Below are positions 1 through 8,186 of a stretch of DNA of 64,000 nt, in pieces. This DNA comes from Meiothermus sp. (lineage in GTDB: Bacteria > Deinococcota > Deinococci > Deinococcales > Thermaceae). Each line of letters begins with the position of its first letter. Positions within the stretch are counted from its first letter, which is position 1. Under the pieces are notes generated by a model. That model was not told the DNA's origin, ran no database searches, and saw only the letters and a program-made list of their open reading frames with translations. Location of the stretch: positions 1 to 64,000 of the forward strand of contig JANRLD010000060.1 of the NCBI GenBank assembly GCA_033762915.1. The letters are read 5' to 3'. A program made the position numbers and the translations under genes.

Positions 1-139
1 CCGGGCGTGGGTGATCTTCTTAGCCTTGCTTACCCCATTCCCCACCAATCGCTCCAACTCCACGCGCTGCTCGTCACTCAACCGTATGTGGTACTTCCGC
101 ACTGGCTTCATGCACCATTTTAAGATAGACGTGGCAGTA
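1..139 (-). mobile_element. End of an IS630-family insertion sequence with the transposase 5' end (CDS <1..111), running off the window
   Basis: Minus strand from ATG at 111 reads MKPVRKYHIRLSDEQRVELERLVGNGVSKAKKITHAR, typical of an IS630 N-terminal HTH region. The putative terminus reads TA-CTGCCACGTC (TA at 138-139). Confidence 0.75.
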
Positions 140-348
140 GGGTGGGCTCTTGCCGCGACTCTAGGTGCCGGGGTCAGTGTGGGAACGTTGAGTGCCGCCC
201 AAGGCCCCAGGCCAAACCCTGACCTGGGTTGCGGGCGGTTGGAGCCTCAACCATGCACAAACGCAGCCCCCTGGACTTCCTCCGGCCCCGCGTGGCCTTC
301 CCCTGTCCGAAGTGCTATGGTGATACGTATAGCTCTAAGGGTGAATCT

Positions 349-1809
349 ATGAAACGTTCCGATGGGTTATGGGGTTTGCTGGCAGGCGTGGCAATTGGGG
401 CTTTGGGGCTGCTGCTGCGAAACTACGGGGTGGGGTGGCCGCTCGAGGGTCTGTATGCCCAGATGACCTACTGGCTGGGCGTGCCCGCGGTGTTCAACCT
501 GATCCACAACCTCTTCGGCTACGGCGACCTGGGGAAGAACCTGGCCTTTGTTGCCGCAGCGGGCGGGTGGCTGCTGCTGCACCCGTTCCTGCTGGCTGCG
601 CTGCGCCGTGGGTTTTGGGCGGGGCTGGGGCTGTCGGCGGCGGTGTACTGGCTGTTGGGCGGCTGGGTACTGCTAAACCCGGCGGCGGGGGTCTGGGCGG
701 CGCTGGTCTACGGTGGCCTGATCGCGGTGTTTGCCTGGCTGGCGGGCCGGGGTAAACGGGAAGCGGAGAAGGCGCATGCGCCCTCTGCCGACCCGGGCCG
801 GCGGGAGAGCATCAAGACCCTGGGCCTGATGGCCGTGGCGCTCTCGACGGGGGCGGCCCTGTGGTCGCAGGCCAAGGCCCAGGCCAGCGTGGTGTGGGGC
901 CGGATCGCCGACCTGTCCAAGGAGCAGTTTGGGCAGAAGGACTTGTACGTGGTCTCCAAGAACATTGCGATTCTCGATCCCCGGCTCAAGGGCAAGCCGT
1001 GGAGGCTCGAGCTCGGCGGCCTGGTGGACAAGCCCCAGGGCTTCGACCTGGGGGCCATCCAGGCCCTGCCCGCGGTCGAACTCCTCAACACCATGACCTG
1101 CATCTCCAACCCGGTGGGCGGCGACCTGATTGGGTCGGTGCGCTGGAAGGGGGTTGCGCTGCGCGAGGTTTTGGACCGGGTCGGGGTCAAGCCGGCAGCG
1201 AAGTTTATCGTCTGGGAGGCTGCCGACCGCTTTGTGGAGTCGATCCCGCTGGCCGAGGTTCCCCCCGAGGCGATGCTGGCCTATGCGGTGCAGAACCCCG
1301 AGACCGGGCAGTTCGAGGAACTCGAGGAGCGCCACGGCTACCCGCTGCGCATCCTGCTGCCCGGCCGCTACGGCATGAAGCAGCCCAAGTGGCTAACCAA
1401 GATCACCCTCTCGGCCAACGAGGTGACGGGCTACTGGGCCAACCGGGGTTGGAGCCGCACCGCGGTGATCCGCACCATGAGCCGGATTGACACCCCCAAG
1501 AACCGGGCCAGGGTGGCGGCCAACCTCGACACCTTCATCGCGGGCGTCGCCTTTGCGGGCGGGCGGGCCCTGGAGCGCGTCGAGGTCTCGACAGACGGCG
1601 GCAAGACCTGGCAAAAGGCCCAGCTCAACCCGCCCAAGGGCAATTTCGCCTGGGCGCAGTGGGCGCTGCCCTGGAAGCCTGCGGCGGGCAGCTACGAGAT
1701 CCAGGTGCGGGCCGTCGAGGTGGGCGAGCGGGTGCAGAGCGCCGCTACCGCCGAGCCCCTTCCGGACGGCTCGAGCGGCTATCACAAGGTGAGCGTAAGG
1801 GTCGGTTAA
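349..1809 (+). CDS. Membrane-anchored molybdopterin-dependent oxidoreductase, sulfite oxidase family
   Basis: Motifs TMTCISNPVGGDLIG, HGYPLRILLPGRYGMKQPKWL and VEVSTDGGKTW. N-terminal TM helices precede an internal RR motif. Confidence 0.9.
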   Translation: MKRSDGLWGLLAGVAIGALGLLLRNYGVGWPLEGLYAQMTYWLGVPAVFNLIHNLFGYGDLGKNLAFVAAAGGWLLLHPFLLAALRRGFWAGLGLSAAVYWLLGGWVLLNPAAGVWAALVYGGLIAVFAWLAGRGKREAEKAHAPSADPGRRESIKTLGLMAVALSTGAALWSQAKAQASVVWGRIADLSKEQFGQKDLYVVSKNIAILDPRLKGKPWRLELGGLVDKPQGFDLGAIQALPAVELLNTMTCISNPVGGDLIGSVRWKGVALREVLDRVGVKPAAKFIVWEAADRFVESIPLAEVPPEAMLAYAVQNPETGQFEELEERHGYPLRILLPGRYGMKQPKWLTKITLSANEVTGYWANRGWSRTAVIRTMSRIDTPKNRARVAANLDTFIAGVAFAGGRALERVEVSTDGGKTWQKAQLNPPKGNFAWAQWALPWKPAAGSYEIQVRAVEVGERVQSAATAEPLPDGSSGYHKVSVRVG

Positions 1810-1910
1810 GGGCCGCCGAGGCAAAAGGCGCTGTCCTCGAGCAGGGCCCGCAGCTACCCTGCATGATTCAGGGGGTCGCCATTGATATTGTCCGTCATTA
1901 GAATGTCAAT

Positions 1911-2939
1911 ATGGCACTAAACCTAGACCTTCTGAAACAGCTCTCTGAAGTAGCAGGCATCCCTGGCTGGGAAGACCGGGTGCGGGTCTTGGTAGAGGCC
2001 CAGCTGGAGGGTCTGGTAGACGAGGTGCGCACCGACGCCCTGGGCAACCTGATCGCCCGGAAAAAAGGCCCCGGCAAGCGGCTGATGGTCGCGGCCCACA
2101 TGGACGAGATCGGGTTTTACGTCAAACATGTCGACGACAAAGGCTTCCTTCGCCTGCAGAACGTGGGTGGCTTCGACCCCCGCAATCTTTTCGCCCGCCC
2201 CGTGACCGTGCATGCTGCCGGGGGCGACCTGCCCGGCCTGCTCAACCCCAGCACCAAGCCGGTCCACATCTCGACCCCCGAGGAGCGCAACAAGATCCCC
2301 CTGGTGAGCGATTTCTTCGTGGACCTGGGCCTGAAAGCCGACCAGGTTAAGAAGAAAGTGCGGGTCGGCGACCCGGTGACCCTGCGGCAGACGGCGGGTC
2401 GGGTCGGCGACCTGTTTACCGGCAAGGCCATGGACGACCGTGCGGCGGTTTTTGCGCTGCTCGAGACCCTCCGGCGCCTTAAGGGCAAGAAGATTCCCTA
2501 CGACCTCTACGCCGTCTTCACCACCCAGGAGGAGGTGGGGCTGCGCGGAGCCCTCACCAGTGCCTACGGTGTGGAGCCGGAGATCGGGATTGCGCTGGAC
2601 GTGACCCTGGCAGTGGACATCCCCGAGATTCTCGCGCACAACTGGGTGAGCGCCCTGGGCCAGGGCGTGGGCATCAAGGTCATGGACAGCTCGCACATCT
2701 CCGACCGGGGCCTTGTGCAGGAGTTTGTGTCGCTGGCCGAGAAGAAGAAGATTCCCTTCCAGATGGAGGTGCTCCCCCTCGGCGGCACCGACGCAGGCTC
2801 GATGCAAAAGAGCCGGGCCGGTGTCCCGGTCATTACCCTCTCCCTCCCCACCCGCTACATCCACACCGTCACCGAAGCGGTTCACCTGGATGACCTCGAG
2901 GCCAACATCGCCCTGCTGACGGCGTATTGCAGCAAATAG
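1911..2939 (+). CDS. M42 family metallopeptidase
   Basis: Motifs AAHMDEIG, GKAMDDR, QEEVGLRGA, GGTDAG and RYIHT. Confidence 0.92.
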   Translation: MALNLDLLKQLSEVAGIPGWEDRVRVLVEAQLEGLVDEVRTDALGNLIARKKGPGKRLMVAAHMDEIGFYVKHVDDKGFLRLQNVGGFDPRNLFARPVTVHAAGGDLPGLLNPSTKPVHISTPEERNKIPLVSDFFVDLGLKADQVKKKVRVGDPVTLRQTAGRVGDLFTGKAMDDRAAVFALLETLRRLKGKKIPYDLYAVFTTQEEVGLRGALTSAYGVEPEIGIALDVTLAVDIPEILAHNWVSALGQGVGIKVMDSSHISDRGLVQEFVSLAEKKKIPFQMEVLPLGGTDAGSMQKSRAGVPVITLSLPTRYIHTVTEAVHLDDLEANIALLTAYCSK

Positions 2940-3215
2940 GTTGAAGGGCGAGGGTCAGAAGCAAGCTCACTTACATCCCTCGAGCCGCCGCAATCGCGGG
3001 TGCGACTCGTCCAAGTTTGTGCCGTAGCTCGCAACAGACAAACCGCGCTTGTCCTGCACCCGCCTATCTCCCATTGGGGCCAATAGCGGCGAAGGCTCGG
3101 CCTCGAGCGTCCTTTCGCGTTTCCCACGGACTATGACTTGTCCTACGTCCATATTCTTGTCTCAACTCCCTATGGTTTCCTGTTTCCCCTTCCCCGTTCC
3201 CTTACAATAAATCCA

Positions 3216-5618
3216 ATGCTGCGGACGCTGGGTGGGCTAGAGCTGCACGGTTCGTCGCTGAAGCGGGGGAAGAACCTCCTGCTGCTGGCGTATTTGGCGC
3301 TCGAGGGGGTTAAGCCGAGGCGCTTTCTGGCCGAGCTGTTCTGGCCCGACGCCGCCGACCCCATGAACAGCCTGAAGGTGGTGCTGCACCGCCTGCGGCA
3401 GGCCGAGGTGGTCTGGGCCGACGAGGAGAAGGCCTGGGTCAGGCTCGAGAGCGACGCATCCCAGATGCGCGAGCTGCTCAGGGCGGGCAAGGCGCTTGAG
3501 GCTTCGAGGCTCTACCGGGGGGCCTTCCTCGACGGGGTGGGCGGCGACGCGGGTGAAGAACTCGAGGACTGGATCTTCACCACCCGCGAGACGCTGGCTA
3601 GAGAGATGCGCTGGGGTTTGGTCGAGCTGGCCGAGCGCTACGCCGCAGGGGGCGACTTCGCCAGAGGCGCCGAGGCGGCCGAGCAGGCCTACGGCCTCGC
3701 TGGCGCCCCCCCGCCCGAGCCGGAGGAGTTGCTGCGCCTGTATCCGCTGCTGGTGGCGGGCAGCAACCCCCTGGCCGAGACTGTCCGCCGTGAGGCCGCC
3801 GAACTCGGGGTGACACTCACCGCCTCGTCCGAGGTGGCGCGGGGCCGCCTGCGCCAGAGCTTCGTCGGCCGGGCCCGCGAGATCGAGACCCTGCTGGCCT
3901 TGCCCCTGGGCGAGTGGGCTTGGCTGCGCGGCGCGGCGGGCATGGGCAAGACCAGCCTCTTCAAACACCTCGTGCGGCAAGCCGAGCGCCAGGGCGCGGC
4001 CTACATCCCCGCCCGTCAGGGACTGCCCTACGCCACCCTGGAGCCCCTCCTGGGTGCCGCCATCAGCGGGACGCCCGAGGAACTGCTGCGCCGCCTGAGT
4101 GCCCTCGAGGGCTTCTGGCTGGTGGACGGCTGGGAGAACACCGACCTCGAGAGCCGCGAACTCCTAACCCGCCTACGCGGGCTACGTTCCAAAGCGCGGG
4201 TGGTGGTGGCCTCGCGCTCGAATCCCCCTTTTGCGGTGGATCACCAGCTTCAGTTGCGCCCGCTCTCCGAGGCCGAACTCGAGCCATACCCCGATCTCTG
4301 GGAGTCCACCGGTGGAGTGCCCTCGCTGGTGGGGGCGTACATGCGCCAGGAGACCCTCGAGCAAGCCCTCGCCAACCGCCTCAACGCGCTGCCCGAAACC
4401 CCCAGGGGGGTCTTCGCGGCCCTGGCGCTATTGGAAAACCCTGACTTCTCGCTGGCCCGGCGGGCCTTGGGCAAAACCTCGGTGGAAGTGGCTCAAGCCG
4501 TCGAAGAACTGATCCAGGGCGGCCTGATCGAACCCAGCGGCAAGCTGATCGCCCGCCCGCTGGCGCTGAAATGGCTGGGGGCTTACCCCAGCCTCGAGAC
4601 CCCCCTGACCATGAGCTTGGCTCAGTTGTTGCCACCCCTCGAAGCCTTCCCGCTCTACCAGCACATCCGGGCCATGAGCGACGTGGACGAGCTGGCCGGA
4701 ATGCGGGCGGCCTACCTGGCCTGGGCCGGTGAGTTGCTGGGGCGCGGCTTTCCCCAAAAGGCGGTGGAGGTGCTGCGCGAAATCACCCCCGACCCGCAGT
4801 TGAACGCGGTGCTGGCTCGAGCCTTGGAGCGCTCCGGGCAATACAAGGGGGCGCTGGACACCCTATCCGATGTGCCCGAGTCGCCCGAGACGTTTGCGCT
4901 GAAAGGGGCGCTACTGTGGCGGCTGGGCAAGCCGGAGGAGGCGCGAGGGGCAGCGGAGAAGGCGCTCGAGGGGGACATGAGGCCGAGGGCCGAGGCGCTG
5001 AATACATTGGGGCAGTTGGCCTTATCAACGGGCGAGTTTGAGGTAGCGGTTGATAACTTTCAAAGGGCGGCCGGATTGTGGCGAACCCTTGGTGAGCAAG
5101 GGCGTTTTGTTGGAGCTTTGAACAATGTGGCCCATGCTCGAAGTCAGATGGGTCAATCTGTCGAAGAAGCCTTTAAAGACGTCCTTGATGTGGCTAGGGA
5201 CAACGAGTTGCTTAAAGCGCTGGTTCTCCTCAACATTGGCCAGAGTTATGAACGAACAAGTGACTTTGCGACGGCAAAGAAAAACTATTTAGAAGCTGCT
5301 GAAACATCATTGAGAGCAGGTGGTTTGAGCGCAGCCTCGAGAGCGTGGAACAATCTTGGCGTTATTGCTCACAAGCAAGACAAAGTCGAAGAGGCCGAGG
5401 AGTCTTATCGGCAAGCACTCGCCCTAGCTCGACAAGCTGGTGAAGTTTTGAGTGTTGCGACCATTCTTGGCAACTTGTCTGAGTTGCTTGAAGATGAACA
5501 CTCCTTGGAAGAGGCCATTCTGTTACTGGAAAAAAGTAGGAATTTTGATATGGCTAAGCGATTTGCAGGTAGCCTCGAGGCCCTCAGGTCAAGAAAAGGT
5601 AATGGGAGCCCCGTTTAG
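3216..5618 (+). CDS. SARP/BTAD-type transcriptional regulator with P-loop NTPase and TPR domains
   Basis: LRTLGGLEL...LLAYLAL...LAELFWP (wHTH), LYRGAFLDG...EDW (BTAD), FVGRARE plus GAAGMGKT (Walker A), and C-terminal TPRs. Start placed at ATG 3216, 7 nt after TACAAT. Confidence 0.88.
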   Translation: MLRTLGGLELHGSSLKRGKNLLLLAYLALEGVKPRRFLAELFWPDAADPMNSLKVVLHRLRQAEVVWADEEKAWVRLESDASQMRELLRAGKALEASRLYRGAFLDGVGGDAGEELEDWIFTTRETLAREMRWGLVELAERYAAGGDFARGAEAAEQAYGLAGAPPPEPEELLRLYPLLVAGSNPLAETVRREAAELGVTLTASSEVARGRLRQSFVGRAREIETLLALPLGEWAWLRGAAGMGKTSLFKHLVRQAERQGAAYIPARQGLPYATLEPLLGAAISGTPEELLRRLSALEGFWLVDGWENTDLESRELLTRLRGLRSKARVVVASRSNPPFAVDHQLQLRPLSEAELEPYPDLWESTGGVPSLVGAYMRQETLEQALANRLNALPETPRGVFAALALLENPDFSLARRALGKTSVEVAQAVEELIQGGLIEPSGKLIARPLALKWLGAYPSLETPLTMSLAQLLPPLEAFPLYQHIRAMSDVDELAGMRAAYLAWAGELLGRGFPQKAVEVLREITPDPQLNAVLARALERSGQYKGALDTLSDVPESPETFALKGALLWRLGKPEEARGAAEKALEGDMRPRAEALNTLGQLALSTGEFEVAVDNFQRAAGLWRTLGEQGRFVGALNNVAHARSQMGQSVEEAFKDVLDVARDNELLKALVLLNIGQSYERTSDFATAKKNYLEAAETSLRAGGLSAASRAWNNLGVIAHKQDKVEEAEESYRQALALARQAGEVLSVATILGNLSELLEDEHSLEEAILLLEKSRNFDMAKRFAGSLEALRSRKGNGSPV

Positions 5619-5658
5619 TTATAACGCTTTCGTAACTGTAGTACATGTACAGTAAAAC

Positions 5659-7167
5659 ATGTTTTTTTCTACAGAGGTCAAAGTGCGCTGGCTAGGAGTA
5701 CTCATCTTGGTGTTTTTAGCGGGCTGTATGCCGCCTGCTCAGGAAACCGCAGGAATAGTGGTAAGCCCCATAGAAGTGACTCGAGGGGAAACCGTTACCG
5801 TTACTCTAAGGGGTTTTTCTACCGATGGGATAAGGGTCCTTTTTGCCAATTCAACCGTTCAGCCTGTTATTGTCGATAAGCAAAAATTCACCCTGTTAAT
5901 CCCTCAAGCTTCCCCAGTAGGTATTCAAGAAATCCGTGTTGAATCGGGCGACAAAAAACCTGCCGCAAATGTGCGAATATTGGGAAACATTGTCAGCAAC
6001 GAGCTTGTTATTACCTTAAGACCCAATGTCAACCGTGCCGAGGCCATACGTGAAATCGAGTCTTTAGGCTTCAGGTTCGTGCAGCCGCTCCAGCCGTTAG
6101 GGGGCAAAGAGGCTGACAATCCGTGTTCCGGAGAGCTGGGAACGATCAATGTCGGTAACAAGCCAGTGGGGCAAGCTTTGGCTGAGCTAGAAAAACTAGG
6201 CATTGTTTTCCAAGCCGACCCTCATAGCTTAGGCGGTGTAGATGCCGTCAACTACATCGGCGGGGTGGGCTTACCTGGTGCCATCTCCGATAGAAGACGC
6301 ACTGGCAAAGGCGTAACCATCGCCATCCTCGACACGGGCGTGGGCCATCCCGACCTTGCCAACTTCATGGGCGCTCAGTTCCTCAACAACACCCGAATCC
6401 TCCCCGGCTTCAACTTCGTCGCCAATAACAACGATATCCGAGACGACTTCGACGTCCCCGACCCCACCGAAACCAGCACCCCTGCTGGAGGCCGAGAGCG
6501 CTACCACGGAACCATCGCGGCGGTGTTGGCGGCAGGGGAGTCTACCTCCCCCCGGCAGTTGGGTGGTGTCGCGCCGGGGGCCAACATTCTGCCTGTAAAA
6601 GTTTGTGATAGCGCCGGGCGTTGCTTGGCCAGCAATGTGGTCAAGGGGGTCTGTTACGCGCTAAATCAGGTAGCCGACCGCAGCAAGCTGGTGCTCAATC
6701 TGAGCTTCGGGGGGGACACCCCGGTGGATGTGCTCGAGGCCATCCTGGCCTATGCCATCAGGCAAAATGTTCAGGTTGCAGCGGCGGGTGGCAACCAGGG
6801 CAACAATGCGCCTAAGCACTACCCCGCCGCTTTCTCGATTCCTGGCCTGGTGGCGGTGGCCGCGCTCGGCCTGGACGGAAGCACCTGGTTCCCCGCGCCC
6901 TTTAGCAGCCGGGGGCCGAACCAGACCTACCTCGACATCGCCGCGCCGGGGGCTGATATCGGCTTTGCCTTCCCGATCTTCAACTACAACGGGACTTCCT
7001 TCGCCACTCCGCTGGTAGCGGGCGCGATGGCGCTGTGGCGCGAGGCCAACCCGACCCTCACGCCGCTACAAATCGAAGAGGGGTTGAAGAAGTCGGCCAC
7101 CGTGCTGCCGGGGCGCGCGGCGACTGAGGTCGGGGCAGGACTGCTTAACCTCAGCAGCCAGCCCTGA
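5659..7167 (+). CDS. S8 subtilisin-like serine protease, lipoprotein with an Ig-like N-terminal domain
   Basis: Lipobox FLAGC; catalytic motifs ILDTG, YHGT and GTSFATP. Confidence 0.92.
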   Translation: MFFSTEVKVRWLGVLILVFLAGCMPPAQETAGIVVSPIEVTRGETVTVTLRGFSTDGIRVLFANSTVQPVIVDKQKFTLLIPQASPVGIQEIRVESGDKKPAANVRILGNIVSNELVITLRPNVNRAEAIREIESLGFRFVQPLQPLGGKEADNPCSGELGTINVGNKPVGQALAELEKLGIVFQADPHSLGGVDAVNYIGGVGLPGAISDRRRTGKGVTIAILDTGVGHPDLANFMGAQFLNNTRILPGFNFVANNNDIRDDFDVPDPTETSTPAGGRERYHGTIAAVLAAGESTSPRQLGGVAPGANILPVKVCDSAGRCLASNVVKGVCYALNQVADRSKLVLNLSFGGDTPVDVLEAILAYAIRQNVQVAAAGGNQGNNAPKHYPAAFSIPGLVAVAALGLDGSTWFPAPFSSRGPNQTYLDIAAPGADIGFAFPIFNYNGTSFATPLVAGAMALWREANPTLTPLQIEEGLKKSATVLPGRAATEVGAGLLNLSSQP

Positions 7168-7299
7168 TCGGGGTATATGCCGGGTTGCACCAGCGCTCGA
7201 GTCTTGAGCGGGAGGGGAAGGGTCACTATGTTCGGACACACGGCCGTGCATCCCTACGGTTTGCGGTTGCTTGATTCTTGACCCTCGACTTCTCACCCC

Positions 7300-7328
7300 T
7301 TGTCAAAACAGCATTCAAATGCTACTAT
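7300..7328 (+). promoter_or_regulatory. Sigma70-type promoter with an overlapping palindromic operator
   Basis: TTGTCA (7300-7305), 17-nt spacer, TACTAT (7323-7328). Inverted repeat AGCATT-CA-AATGCT at 7310-7323. Confidence 0.7.
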
Positions 7329-7455
7329 TCTTTTTGCGTCCCCAGGACGCTGGAAAAGTCTGCCTAACAAAGAAGCGGTTTGGGTTCTAAACACCCAACT
7401 GGCTCGAGTGGGCCTTGCTCCCTCGTGTACCTCGGCGTGCGGCAAGCTTTCCACA

Positions 7456-7528
7456 GCGCGATTGGCTCAGCGGTAGAGCATGCCCCGATAGGGCAGAGCG
7501 CGGGTTCGACTCCCGCATCGTGCGCCCA
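7456..7528 (+). ncRNA. tRNA-like RNA 1: cloverleaf with a 5-nt anticodon loop centred on GAT
   Basis: Acceptor GCGCGAT/ATCGTGC; D arm GCTC-AGCGGTA-GAGC; anticodon arm TGCCC-CGATA-GGGCA; T arm GCGGG-TTCGACT-CCCGC; 3' end G-CCCA. Confidence 0.85.
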
Positions 7529-7598
7529 AGGATTGGCTCAGAGGAAGAGCGCATGCCTGAAGAGCATGAAGTCGCAGGTTCGATTCCTGCATCCTTAC
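7527..7598 (+). tRNA. tRNA-Phe(GAA)-like RNA, probably non-canonical
   Basis: Acceptor (C)AAGGAT/ATCCTT(A) with a 1:72 mismatch; D arm GCTC-AGAGGAA-GAGC; anticodon arm CATGC-CTGAAGA-GCATG; T arm GCAGG-TTCGATT-CCTGC. No encoded CCA. Confidence 0.8.
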
Positions 7599-7600
7599 CC

Positions 7601-8040
7601 TCCGACTTTTAATCGGAAACGGTAAACACCCTACCACGGTGTCCACGGTAAGCCGCAAGGCAAGAAGGTTCGAATCCTTCAGCGCGTCGAAAGACGCACA
7701 CGCCCTACCCGAACTGCTCCCGGTCGGAGTTCAACGATTTGCCCTCGGGCAAACCGAAGAACAACACCAGCAGCGAAAGCGCCAGGGGCGGCAGGACAGC
7801 GGGTCTCGAGTGTGACCCCGCCTCAGCACAAATCCACGCCTGGCTTGCCACGCGCGGTGCGGAGTTGGGGCGCGGCACATCTGCCACAGAGGAGCGTTCT
7901 CTTCGCAATTCCAGACCTGTACCAAGCCGCCCCCCGCGCTACTCCCTGCGGGAGCCGTTCGGGGAAGGGTAAAGATTCACCCCTGACGAGGGCAACCTCG
8001 AGCAAATCGCACACGCCCGGCAGCAGATGGGGAGACGGGC
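7601..8040 (+). ncRNA. Putative structured non-coding RNA region with tRNA-derived parts and tetraloop hairpins
   Basis: Hairpins TCCGA-CTTTTAA-TCGGA, GCC-GCAA-GGC, GAAGG-TTCGAAT-CCTTC, GCGTC-GAAA-GACGC, TTTGCC-CTCG-GGCAAA and CGAGG-GCAA-CCTCG. No credible ORF. Confidence 0.55.
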
Positions 8041-8186
8041 CAGGAGTTGGAGCTTTAGCAGAGAGTCGGGAAGTCGGTTGGCTGGTGCTGGGCTTTGCGG
8101 CCTATGTGCTGGCCTATCTCTGGGCCTTGGCCCTGAACGCCGGGCGACTTTTCACCCGCCAAGCGCCACTTAAGAGGAGGCAAACC

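Noticed and set aside
2967..3152. 61-aa minus-strand ORF between the M42 peptidase and the regulator
   Set aside because: No recognisable motif or translation signal.
7380..7398. Hairpin TTGGGT-TCTAAAC-ACCCAA as another anticodon arm
   Set aside because: The loop lacks U at position 33 and no flanking tRNA arms are recognisable.
7456..7700. tRNA cluster as a prophage or island attachment site
   Set aside because: No integrase and no duplicated tRNA 3' end were seen in the window.
7812..8186. 125-aa N-terminal extension of slipin in the ORF track
   Set aside because: It runs through hairpin-rich non-coding-like sequence, and the strong SD sits before ATG 8187. Only the short hydrophobic stretch is kept as a minor finding.
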